A stretch of DNA of 64,000 bases, from assembly GCA_026770705.1 (NCBI GenBank), contig JANJGN010000007.1, positions 97,030,001 through 97,094,000 on the forward strand, written 5' to 3'. Both the position numbers and the translations under genes were made by a program. Positions 1 through 11,990 of this stretch are shown here, piece after piece (the first letter of the stretch is position 1; each line of letters starts with the position of its first letter). The notes beneath the pieces are model-generated. The model saw only the letters and a list, made by a program, of their open reading frames with translations. It had not been told where the DNA came from and ran no database searches. The DNA comes from Isurus oxyrinchus. Its lineage: Eukaryota.

Positions 1-3000
1 ACTTTCCAGTGACTTATAAAGTTTAGCATCACGCCCGTGTTTTTTTAAATTTAATGTCGCTATCTGAAAAGTAAATTAATTGCAGGAGCATCCGTAATCT
101 GATTATGATCTTTCCCTGCCACGTTCAAATGCTGCTGAATGTGAACCTTGATATTCGACTGCTTTTGCCTCAAACTATTTTTTTTAGATTCTACTACCCC
201 TCCATGTTTTCTCAGACGATGACCACATACATTAAGTTGCACCGACATTCTGCCTGACCATTTCGTCAGTCTATGTCATTATGATGGTTTGCAATGTCTT
301 TCAAACTCCGAACTAAGTCGCCATCACAGCATTTTCTATGATCCACAAAATTCTGCTCGATATGTTCCAGTCCAACAGCTTTACATGTACCAAGCAAAAC
401 GTTGGTACTCATAATTATATAGGAGAGACACGATATAAATTTGACCTTTCGAAATATACTGCTCAGTTTTCAGCTACTGGTAGAGCACAGTGAAAATCAC
501 TGCACAAAATGAACCTCCCTCACCGTCACCATATCGTCAAGTTAGGAATGAACTGAATCACAAGACAGAGTTGCTAACGTTATCTTATCTCCAAGAAACA
601 TTCATTTCCTGTGCTCCGAGTTCCACCCGTGCCTCTGAAAATCAACTCTCAGCCATAAGAAAATGATGCCCCTTCGTTTGTTACTTATCTTTTCATGGCA
701 TCTCCCTTTTTCCCCCCCGAAGAATGCCAGTTTCACGTGTTATAAGGATGCCACCAAAACAGGAAAAGTGATACTTATAATTTCTCACCCACTAACCAAT
801 GGATGATATGAAGATTCTAGAGGCTTTCAAGGTATCCAGGCTATCTAGACACAACTACTTATACCTGCATGGCAACTCACAATACTCTCCAAATTGCAGT
901 TATGTTCACTCATATTGCCTCCTCTCCAAGTAAGACTTCTGATATAATAATAGAACCTTAAAGGACAATTGGTCGGACATACCGGTGCATTTAATTGAAA
1001 TAGGTGCCTAATTTAGTCCCTCACCACAGCTTGTTACTTATAACTCGACAAATTGTTCTTCTTGAAGCAAATGTTCAACGCTCTTTAATCAATTTTATTC
1101 CTTATCTTCTCCCAGTTGGAAACTTTCTGGATCATCCCAACCCTGCATGAGAACATGTATCTCCAATTTTTCCAATGCATTCCTTTACCAGTGTATTCGA
1201 CTGCTGGTTATGCATCAATGTATCTCTATAATCTTTTATAACCTTACTCACGCAATTAGATGTCTTCATAAATATATTTTTCCCTCTATAGGGTAGTCTC
1301 TGAATATTCCTCGTTCTACGAGAAGATCACAACCTCTCCGATCTCTCCAAGTCACAGGAATGCACATCCCTCTGAACTTCCTCGATTCCACTCCATGTCT
1401 CCTCGTCCTTGTTATACTGTGCAGCCCACAATTGGGCATAATAGTTGACAGATGCTTAGATCCTGATTTCTAAATTTTTAGGATGACTTCGTTGGTTTTG
1501 TATTTCAGATTACTATGTACAAATTCATTTCAACCAATGCGCATCCATAGACACCTTGTGTTCTTGTCCTACCATCTGTAAAATCTAATGATAATGCATA
1601 CGCAGTTTCTACTGTTTTTGCTTATACCTGAAAAAAAATATTAATTTCATTTCACTGCCTCTGTTGTTTAACCCAAAGTCTGCATTTCAAATGTATTCAC
1701 ATTAAATAATAATTACGATGCTTCCAACCATTCCATTAGTCTATTTGTGTCATCCTGAAATCCAAGACGGTCTACAAAACCTGAATCATCCATTGTTTCT
1801 ATCATGAAGGATCTTTGGAACTGCAGTCACGATATTCCAGCCAAATTCCTTGTCGCATATCCAATAAAGCATTAGTCATCACATTGATTCCTGGGGGATT
1901 CCCAGTGATTATGAGTGTCCTGTTTAAAAAAGAAACATTTGTGGATCACAACTTTTTGTCTCCTTGATTATAGCTATTCACCTGCAGAAGGTGCCTTATT
2001 TGGCAGCACTCCGGCATGTGAAAAGGTAACTTATGCCTTGGTGTTCAATTCTGTGAAAAATGTCGTCAGATGTGTCTCACGAACACTACCCTGTCATGGA
2101 ATTGTCTGCAGCAGCTGCTGCAGATGAAGTCAGTGGGCTGAGACAGTAGAGCGTTCATTGGAACTCGCTTGTATTACTTGTTTTTGGAAGTGCCACCTTT
2201 CATTAAATAGTTCAGTAATGTTAAGTGTAACGCTGATGAAATTCCTTTTGAAATCTTCATTTGTCTTCAGGTGGGCTTCGCCAACACTCATTGTTATTTA
2301 TCATATAAATCAATGAGCTTAATCAGTCACAATTTCCGTTTGACATACCGTACTGCACGTCTCTTAATAAGCCATGTTTCAACTAGTGTTTTCTTAAGCT
2401 GTCAAGGGTATCTATTAGCTTTGCCTTCATCGTTCTTAGTCATAGTGACCCACTATGTTCATCCCACTCAGCCTTCATTCATGCAAACCAATGTTTTGAT
2501 TCCTCAAGGCACCATTGTTTTATTGTTGGTCATTAACCTTGGCATTCTATCAAGTGCATTGTTCCAACGCGTCTGCAATTGTTACTTGGCCTCAGCTATT
2601 CCAGCCGGAGTAACGGTTGTGTTGCGGAACAGGTGCGTGGAGTGTATTCAACAGATATGACTGTTCTGTTGTAAAATTGTTGGACATCGGCGGTGCCATC
2701 CATTCTTTAATGCACGCTAGAATCGGCAACAAGTTTTAATTTCAGCAACTGTATTTGGCCATTAAAAAACACCGAAGTTTAATTCAATACTTCATTGAAA
2801 GGAAAATGTAAGTCATTCGAGCGATTGTACTTGTCCATTTTATGTTAAAACGCAAAGGAAATATGACTGATTTTACTACAGCGTTGTTTCAACATAATGC
2901 ACCTAAACTTTCACAATTGATATTAAGCCAGGTTACAGCACCAGTAATTGCATCGTAATAGAGAAAATAATAAACGTTGCTCAGCATTTGCTTTCCAGTT

Positions 3001-3059
3001 TTATAAGATTTAAAATAAGCCAAAAAAAAACGAAGTGACTTCTGATTTTGTATGGCCGG

Positions 3060-3900
3060 TTGAGCAGTTCCCAAACTCTGGTGAAGTTAACAATCTATTC
3101 AATGGCTTGAGCTGACGGACTGTGAATGTTTACGGGCCACCGGGAATGGATCTCTGAGTTCATTATATGGGAGATGCTCTGTCTTGGATGGGCACAGTCA
3201 CAATTTGATTATGCTTGACTAGGGAAGCACCTCTTCCCCGGTAAGATCATAAGCGGTAGAACGTTGTCCAGAATTTCTGTGAAGGATTGAAACCTGGGAC
3301 TTCAAAACACGTGTCAGATATCAGGTTGTGTTTTGTGACATTTGATGTCAACCGGGATGTGCGCCACCAAGAGCTGGGACTGATATTGAGTTGCAGAGTG
3401 TGGCATTTGTTCAAGGAGGGTAAGCACGATTTCAGACACCCCTTTTTTTCTAGTACCCGTGTCACTGGCAGAGCTGTATTAGCTGTCAGCTGGTGGTGTA
3501 CTTTGAGGAGAGAATTATCCCTGTGTTCATCGGGGCAATCAGTGTCTGTTAGCATTGCAATCCTCTCCAGCGGCATTGGTCTCAATGTTCCGGAAATACT
3601 CCTTATAACTTCCTGCAGCAAGATAGCTACCACATGTGGTTGCTCCTGACCCAGCTTGAATAGCAGTGCTCTGCTGCTGTGCAGACCAGGGCGAGTGACG
3701 CAGTGCATATCCATTTGAATCAGCTGCCCCAGCTGGTACTTGCCAGAATCTGTATCCGATTCGTTCCCTTCCTGACACTGGCTCCGTTGTGCCATTCGTG
3801 TTGCCAATAGCTTAATGTACGGTCTAGAGTGATGTGAAAGAGTATTGTCTGTCTAGGCACAACGAACTGCGATTTTCCACAGGGATCAGCCTTCACACTG
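3060..3900 (-). mobile_element. Old Vingi/Ingi-like non-LTR retrotransposon 3' remnant (homologous copy at about 47300-48150)
   Basis: ORF 3247-3807 has ISGTLRPMPL...LISDTCFEVPGFN..FWTTFYRL, followed by a CDCAHPRQSISHI zinc-knuckle-like segment. Confidence 0.65.
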
Positions 3901-4198
3901 GCCCTCTTACTTGAGGCTGTTGTGTATGCTGATGAATTCACCCAGGATTTCCACTCTAAGAACATTCTAGAATATCGAAACAACATTCATTGAAGATATA
4001 TATTCCCTGGAAACGTATTTCACAAAATTGAGACTCCGGCAATATGCTGCAAATACTGTCCTTCAACAACCCTAAGGGAAAGATTTCATATCCAGTGATT
4101 TTACGGACACTGGCATATCACAAATGAGTATAACATATAATTTTATGGATTTGGACAGGGTAGAGCCTCGGGTTTATATACTTATTTAAATCCTGCAG

Positions 4199-4380
4199 GT
4201 TTTACGACCACCCAATACTTGCTGATTTCAGCATCAGCAGCGGGCGGATTCACATTATCAGTACTGGGTTTCATCATTGTGAAGCAACGTGTCTCAAAGA
4301 AAACTAAAGTTAAACAAATCATTTTCTCTTTTTTTCCTTCCAAACACTCCCAAAAAGAGCCCACAAGATCTGGATGCTAA
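4199..4380 (+). CDS. Copy 1 TM exon with predicted read-through to a stop (GFTTTQYLLISASAAGGFTLSVLGFIIVKQRVSKKTK-VKQIIFSFFPSKHSQKEPTRSGC*)
   Basis: Intact acceptor atcctgcag. The frame stays open past the mutated donor to TAA at 4378-4380. Confidence 0.55.
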
Positions 4381-6005
4381 ATGTAGAGATTAGCTAATTA
4401 CAACTGAACTGCTCCAACAATAATTAACTTCCTCGCAGCGACCGGGGCATTACTGAACGTCAACTGATACCCTGCGCTTTAAGATGTGTGGAGCCCTTCA
4501 CAGCCACTCCAGTCCGCTTCGTTTACAAATATAGCAACCGCTGATTTATTGAACACGGTTTTCATCAGCAGCGGTGTAACTCTAAACTCGAATTGCCAAA
4601 ATAGCGTGGAATTTTCTAAGATCGCCTAAGAGACCGGCGTTTCGCACATGCTTCATTACAGAAAAAATCATTGACTGCGCTTTTCCGCCATTTGGAGAAC
4701 TGTCCCAAGGATTTTTCAGTCAGTCTCTCGTTGTTCTGCCTGTATTTCAACAACCCCTTTTCTAATGGCATTAAATGTCAGAAAACATGCAATTCCTTAA
4801 AAATCTGGCATCTGGCGATATTTACAGTGGCCTTAACGCTCTCGTGTTTCTTAGGTGGTTAAATGTTTCATTTTAGCTTCATTCTTTACTAGGCATGCAG
4901 AACAATGACAAAAGACCCAACCGTGGTATACAGGAGGTACGTTTCCACACTTACATCAACCAAAATATGTGTATAACCAAATGCAAATCTATTTAATCTA
5001 ACATTTTTCATGTTTGTTGCAAATATTTATACAAAATATGAGGAGCAATGGTCAGAAACATCTTAATATATTCTGTACTATTCAGGTCGTTAACTTGCTA
5101 ATTAAATGCTCGTACAGATCAGGCAGTAAATCGGTGGCAGTGCACATATATTCTTAATTAGCAAACTCTGGAACGGATCCAGAATAACAAAGTTCAAGCC
5201 CGACCATTGTAGTTTGAGATGTTGAGTCAGTTTTAAAATCTAACAGTGAAATCTGTTAACATAGAAGTTACCAAGAATCTTTCGGATTTTCTTAAATTGC
5301 TAAAGCCCTATGAGGGAATGAAGCTGGCCATGCTTATCATGTCTGATGTGTCTATAACCCCTGCCCACACCATGCGGTTGGCCCTTAAAATCCACCTGAA
5401 TCTTCTTTACAAGCTGAGCACAACCTTCAAGTTCAAATGGAATGGATGAAAACAGCCTTCAATTCCAGCGACCCCTTAGGCCCAGAATTAATTTGACACT
5501 CTTCGGAATGTCACATGCTGGATGCCATATTGCAGGTAGTTCATCGTGTCTGTCCAAAACTATAGAGATGGCACTATGGATGGACTTTCTGAAGTGTTAA
5601 GAACACCAGCAGATACCTGACAGGAAGTTCCTTTACCGTAAATTAGCCTCCTCCTTGAATCATATTATTACATTAGGAATTTGGACCAGACGTGTCATTT
5701 TGCACCCAGCATAGAAGGGTCGAATTTCTCCTTCCTCCCACGGGCTGCGAGACAAAGCAGACAGAATAAGCTTATGGAAAGTCTGAAGATTATTTGTCCA
5801 CTGTTTGTACAAATATTGATTTCGATGCACGGTAATTTGCAGTCATTCAGTCAAGAATTTGTAATATCCAAAGTCTGTTGCATGAAATTGCCACTACCAT
5901 AAAAAAAATGCAGCAATGCAAAATTATTCTGCTCACAGCTCGAATTTATTTGTTAATATAAAATGTTAACATACTGTTGTGGCAAGTAAATGGCGCAGTG
6001 CCGCA

Positions 6006-6031
6006 TGTGTGTGTGTGTGTGTGTGTGTGTG
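6006..6031 (+). repeat. (TG)13 microsatellite
   Basis: Direct reading. Confidence 0.95.
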
Positions 6032-6079
6032 TTGGGGAGAGGTGTTGTGGGGGCGAGAGAGCTTGGTAGGGAGATGGTG

Positions 6080-6670
6080 TATTATTTTCAATAAAATGGG
6101 ATTGTAGCGTACCAATACAATGCAGAAGGCCTTTGTCAGAGCACATTTGCAGTATTCTGTGTCCTACGTTCACGTTGCCATAGGATGGAAACATTTACCA
6201 TAGATGGCATGCAAAGAAGTTTCATAAGAGTGGTTCGTGGAATGAAGGGATAGTTGCATTAGGCAATATTGTGAAGACTAGGCCTATATTGTCTGGAGTT
6301 TAGAAGATGAGAGGTGACCTCGGTGAAACGTTTACGTTCTAAAGGTTTGATGCTAAGAAAATATTCCCTTGTTTTGACCATCTAGAATATAAGTTCACAA
6401 ACTCAGAATACTGTTTCGTATATTTGGAACTGTGATGAGGAGAGTGCCTTCACTCAAGCAGTTTTGAATGGTGTGAATTTTCCACATCATCAAACTGTGG
6501 ATGCTCAAGCATTGACAGCATTCACAGAACATGTCGAAGGATTTAGGGTTAATGAATGAAATAAGAGACACTGAAATAGTGTGAGAATGTGGAAAGCCCC
6601 ATGGAACTTATTGAATGATGGAGCAGGCTGGGCACACAAATGGATTACTTTTGCCCTGGTTGATTATTTT
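6080..6670 (+). mobile_element. Old CR1 LINE 3' fragment in copy 1 intron 5
   Basis: Decayed CR1 RT C-terminus (ggcctatattgtctggagtttagaagatgagaggtgacc) and a CR1-type 3' UTR. Confidence 0.65.
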
Positions 6671-7163
6671 ATTACAGTATTTCAGTGAATATGTTCTCCA
6701 GAATATGTAGATTCTATTTGCTTTCCTTTTGTATCCTTAGTTGTAATTCTCCTCCCAACTTACGTCGTCATGGTTCAACTTGCAGTGGAAGAAAGGAAGG
6801 TAAACATTGGCATAGATCGATTCTTTATGTGACTGGTAATTATATGGTTATATTTTATCACTCATGCAGAAAACAACCGAACTGATGGCCCCTTATGCTG
6901 CACTAGATATGAACAATTCCAGAATGTCCATGAACCAAAACATCAAGAAAGGAGAATTTATGTCTAGGTCGGTAGCAGAAGCAGAACACGGCATTGAACA
7001 GCCTATGGGGCTTAGTGAATGGAATGTGTTGAATGCTGCTTTATTAATCTGCTGTATTTGCACTAACTCTGCAAATCTGTCTGTTCTAATGGCTCTTCTT
7101 GATTTTAGATTCCAATCAACTAAAATATTGAAATCATAATGTTAACAAACATTGTTTTTGCAG

Positions 7164-7295
7164 ACCAAATCAAGTCCACCAGACAGTGACGTGAACTACA
7201 CTGCTCTTTCAGGATTAAAGGAAACTGAAAGACCGAATTATGTTGACAAACATACCTTCTACTCTCAGGTTCGGGTGGAAAAACATAGAAAATAG
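7164..7295 (+). pseudogene. Copy 1 terminal exon with intact ITIM VNYTAL and ITSM TFYSQV
   Basis: Acceptor ttgtttttgcag; TKSSPPDSDVNYTALSGLKETERPNYVDKHTFYSQVRVEKHRK*. Confidence 0.75.
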
Positions 7296-7769
7296 ATTTT
7301 GCAAACGCAACAAACAGTCAAGCAATATTGGTAGCCAACTCATCAGCCACGTATATTCAGCGAACCATTTCAGTCATTCAGTACCAGAGACAAATATTGG
7401 CCTGAACACTAGACCATGCTTGATACTGTTTTGCAATTACCGTCACGCTATCATTTGCCATGATAGGACAGTGGTAATTTGTATTTGATGTCTATGATAA
7501 TGATGAAAAATCTGCCAATGCAACATCCCACATTGCTGCATTGACGTGGTGGCCTTCACTACAATTTCAAATTTCTTAGTGGTTATTGAAAATTTAGCCT
7601 TGTGATTCAAAGAGGTGATCCTTGCAATTGAGCGAAGGAGGCACCAGGGAGGCCGAACAAATCCCTTTCTATTAGATAAAATGCTTAATATAAGAATTTA
7701 CTGCGATCCACAAATATTTAATTGGGTAGGCGATGTGATTCAAATTAGGTACTGGAGCACACCTAACGT

Positions 7770-9207
7770 GGTTTTGCTACCTAGGAAGGGTAGTAGGGAC
7801 AAGCCAGTGGACCACAGGGCAATGGGCCTTACGTCAGTGATCGGAAAACTATTGGAGAAAATTCCAAAGGAGAGAATCTATCTTCATTTGGGGTGGCAAG
7901 GCTTGATCAGCGGCAGTCCGCATGGCTTTTTCAGAGGCGGGTTATGCCGAACAAATTTGATTGATGTTTTAGAGGATATGACCAGGTGGGGATATGAGGA
8001 TAGTTCAGTATATATAGTTTATATGGATTTCAGCAAAGAATTTGACAAGATCCCACATGGGAGAATTATAAAAAAAAGGCAAGTTCACATGGGGTGTACG
8101 GTAATTTGATACACTAGGTTTAAAATTGGCTGAGTTGTAGGACAGAGAGGGTGCTGACAGAACGCTGCTTTAGTGACTGGAAGCACGTGTACACTGGCGT
8201 ATCACAGGGATCTGTTCTGGGCCCCCTACATTCGTCATTTATATAAACGACATAAATGACTATGTGTCGGGTGGGATTAGTAAGATTACTGATTACAGAA
8301 TGATTGGCCGGGTGGCTAGCAGTGGGTTTGAGTACCTTGGTGACAGGAGCATATAGATGTGTTGGTCAAATGGGCAGATAAATGGTCGATTGAATTCAAC
8401 CCTGAAAAAAGTGAGGTGATACACTTTGGAAGGAATCGTTTGACATGTAAGTATTCAATGAACGGCATGACACTAGGAAGTTCTGAGGAACACAGGGATC
8501 AGGGCATGTGTGTCCATAGAACTCTGAAGGCGGAGTGGTATTTTAGTAGGATGGTGAAAAGGAATTTGGGACACTTGCCCTTATCAATCGAGGCATATAT
8601 TAGAAAAATAGGCAGGTCACGTTGGAGTTTTATAGAACCTTGGTGAGGCCACAGCTGGAGAACTGTGTGCAGTTCTGGTTGCCGCATTATAGGAACGATG
8701 CGACCGCACTGGAAGGGGTGCAGAGGAGATTCGCCAGGATGTTGCCTGGGATGAAACATTTAAGTTATTAAGAGAGTTTGGATAGACTCGGGTGTTCTTT
8801 TAGTTGGAGCAGAAAAGACTGACGAGCGACCAGGTCAAGGTGTACAAAATTATGAGGTGCATGGCAGCGTGGTTGGGGAGCAGCTGTTCCCCTTATTTGA
8901 AGGATCAGTCATGACCGGACGGAGGTTCAAGGTGAGGGAGAGCGGGTTTAGCCCGGATGTGAGGAAAAAGGTTTTGATCCAGAGGGTGGTTACGGTCTGG
9001 ATTGTTTTGCCTCGTAGGGTGATGGAGGTGGATTTTCTCACATTCTTTAAAAAGTACCTGGATGTGTACTTAGCACGTAATAACATTAAAGAGTATGGGC
9101 CAAACGCTGGTAAAAGTGATTAGTTCCGTAATTCAGGTGTTTCTCACGTACCAGTGCAGATTTGATGGACCTATCTGCCTCTTCTACACTGTGTGATTCT
9201 GTGATTG
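7770..9207 (+). mobile_element. CR1 LINE, 5'-truncated, in the copy 1 3' flank
   Basis: RT motifs KGSRDKP..HR..GLTSVIGKLLE, YMDFSKEFDKIPH, WADKW..EFNPEK; ends with tgtgattctgtgatt repeats. Confidence 0.9.
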
Positions 9208-11825
9208 TGCGAAAGCAACATATAAACTAAATTCAGGTGATACTCACAGAGTATAAATCTGTTTTTTTTCCCTCTTCGTTCACCTATCTCCTTCGGGTGT
9301 TACTTCCAGGAATTACTCTTAAATTCTGCATTTATCTTCACTTGCTCTTTTTCAAGTTGCAATGAAAAGAGAATGTGCAATTTAAAAGTAAATCCATCTT
9401 ATTGCAGCACAGAACAAAATATAGCCAGGCAAGTCTAATTAGAATTATTTGAAAATATGTATTTAGAGTGCATTTTGTTCAGTGGCTGGGATATTTTTTT
9501 CGAAAGTTGCTACCAAATCAAGCTGTTAGATACATTGTAAGTGGTTCTGGGTGCCCTTATGGGGAAGTTGGGGCATTGTTGTGATATGTGTGAGTGAGCC
9601 GATTGGTCTTTACAGGCCCTTGATTTTGATTTTTGTTGTTATTTATTATATATGTATATATTCATCTAGATTCCAATGTTGTCATGCTTATTGAAGCTCT
9701 ATTGCCCAGACAATCGTCAACATGAATCAATGACTCCTCTGTAGTTCACATGTTAATGATCTGCACTATTCTTACATAATCCTATAAGATAATTCTGTTA
9801 AAATGCACGCATATCGAATTCCTTACTGCTAGCTCTTCACATCGAAACAGCTATATGTTGAAAATTATAATTTTTTATGAGCTTAAACATAAACTGACTC
9901 TGTTTCATGTGCAGAAATTTGAGTTCGCCCCAGCTCTGCAATATGCGATCAAATATAGAAAGAGGAAATCAAGTTAGCTTCAGAAGGGGAGAAAAATAAA
10001 CAACCTCTGCGGATAGGTGGTGTGAGCTTGGTTGCCTAATCCAGATCATCTTTATCGAGCTACATTAATGATTTTCAGTAAATGTTGTAACTTTGGAAAA
10101 TAAATAAGCAATATACATAATTTCATCAGCTTCAATTTAGAGGTGAAGAAATGCATATACCATGACAACTCACTCTAAGGGTACTTGAACATGCATCATG
10201 AAACACCACTATAGTTGATATATATGTGTTCGAGAAGTAATCCCAGAAAAAAGCTCATGCCATGCATTGTTCGTGCAATACGTTGTTTAATGATTTGCAC
10301 GTAAAGATTGCACAATGTCACCATCACTAGGCCTGGTCCAGCTGCACGAGATGCCAATGTTTGGAAGGGTCTTGCATGAAACAGTGGAATATTGATGCCC
10401 AGAGTTTGATGTTCCAAACAATTAGGTGCAAGGAAAGAAGAGTGAGCAATATAGATCTCCAATTTTCAGTTCATCATTCCCTAAGAGGACCTTTCAACTT
10501 TAAAGCACTGGAATAGACGAATTCGGCATTGCATGCAAGTTGGTAAAGAACAACATATGGGATATTAATTTAATTTGTAGGTCTTCTCTGCAGAACGTGG
10601 AATTAATTTTAAGGTCTGATATCAAATTTTCAAGAAAGATTAGTTAACTGGCATCCATGGAATCAATTGCGTTTATGTAGAACATTTTAAGACATCGGTA
10701 CATGTCAACGTGTATTGAAGACAACTAAGCATGAAGGAAGCACCATTTCCTTTTCTTATCTCTTCATGGAATGTGGGCTGTGCTGGTTGGACCAGAATTC
10801 ATTACTTGACGCTGGTTGCCCTTGAGAAAGCGGTGGTCATCTGCCTTCCTGACCCGCTGGAGTCCATGTGATGTGGGTAACAAAACATTGCTGCTAGGAA
10901 GGGAGGTCCAGGATTTTGACACATGGACAGTGAAGGAATGGCTGTACATTTTCAAGCCAGTGTAGGAAGTGACTTGGAATGGAACTTCAAGGTGGTGGTG
11001 CTCCCATCTATCAGCTGCTCCTGTCTTTCGAGGTGTTAGTGTGTTTCGAATGTGCCATGGAATGAGACATATGGATTTCATGAAGTTCATCTTGTGGATG
11101 GTATACAGTAACGCTACTGTTCATGGGTGGTGGAGGGTGTGAATGTTTGTCAATGTGATGTCAAACAAGCGGGCCCATTTATCCTGGATGGTGTCAAACA
11201 TATGGGTGCTGGGGGAGCTGCGCTCATCCAGGCAAGTGAGGCGTATTAAATCACATTCCTGACTGGTTCCTTGTAGATGGTGAACAGGATTTGGGGTGTC
11301 ACGAGGAGGTTTATACGTCGCACTATTCCTACCTTCCGATGTGCTCTTGTAACCATATAATTTACATGGCGTGTCCAGTTCAATTTATAGTCAATGGTAA
11401 ACCCGAGGTCATTGACAGTATGAGGTTCAGTAATGGTAATGCCACTGAACATCAAAGGGGTAATGGTTGAATTCTCTCTTCTTTGAGATGGTCATTGTCT
11501 GACACTTGTGTGGTCCGAATGGTACTTGCCGCTTGTCGGCCCAAGCCTGAATGTTGTCCAGGTTCTGCTGCATTTGGACATAGACTGCTTCAATATCTTA
11601 AGAGTCCCACATGGTATTGATCATCGTGCAATCATCAGTGATCATGCCCGCTTATGACGTTATGATGGAAAGACGGTAACTGATGAAGCTGCTGAATATG
11701 TTTGGGGAAAGGACACTATCCTGAGGAACTCCTGCCGTGACGTCCCGGAGCTGAGATGCCTGAGCTCCAACAACCACAGCCATCTTCCTTTGTGCCAAAA
11801 ATGACTCAAACCAGGGCAGATTCCA

Positions 11826-11847
11826 CCCCCCCCCCCCCCCCCCCCCC
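11826..11847. repeat. Poly-C run (C22)
   Basis: Direct reading. Confidence 0.9.
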
Positions 11848-11990
11848 GCTTCCCATTGATTCTAATTCGGCCAGGAAACCTTGAAGCCGCACCCGGTCAA
11901 CTGCTACTTTGATGTCGAGTGCAGTCACTCTCACCTCATCTCGGGATTTCAGGGCTTTTCATCATTGTTGAGCAATGCTGTAATGAGGTC

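Larger units (their letters stand above)
4199..7295 (+). pseudogene. 3' part (TM and tail exons) of tandem SIRP-like paralog (copy 1); tail exons disabled, so pseudogene or truncated-tail receptor
   Basis: Exons 4199-4309, 4893-4936, 6870-6967 and 7164-7295 are homologous to copy 2 exons 4-7. The donor after 4309 is ttaaac instead of gtaaga. Exon 6 is 98 nt (vs 99) and ends TAG where copy 2 has CAG. The V and C1 exons lie upstream of the window. Confidence 0.8.
1..10540 (+). repeat. Segmental (tandem gene) duplication, homologous to about 44320-57400
   Basis: Collinear similarity across introns, exons and 3' flank, e.g. 1-160 with 44321-44480, 3289 with 47523, 9830-10150 with 54480-54790, and 10501 with 57361. 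Confidence 0.85.

Noticed and set aside
486-515. cacagtg...acaaaatga as an RSS
   Set aside because: The spacer is 11 nt, the nonamer is poor, and no gene segment is adjacent.
3247-3807. Longest ORF in the window (186 aa) as a novel host gene
   Set aside because: It is the C-terminal part of a decayed Vingi-like LINE ORF, and the homologous copy at about 47300-48150 is disrupted.
6864-7139. 91-aa ORF as an independent gene
   Set aside because: It is the frameshifted exon 6 of copy 1 reading into the intron.
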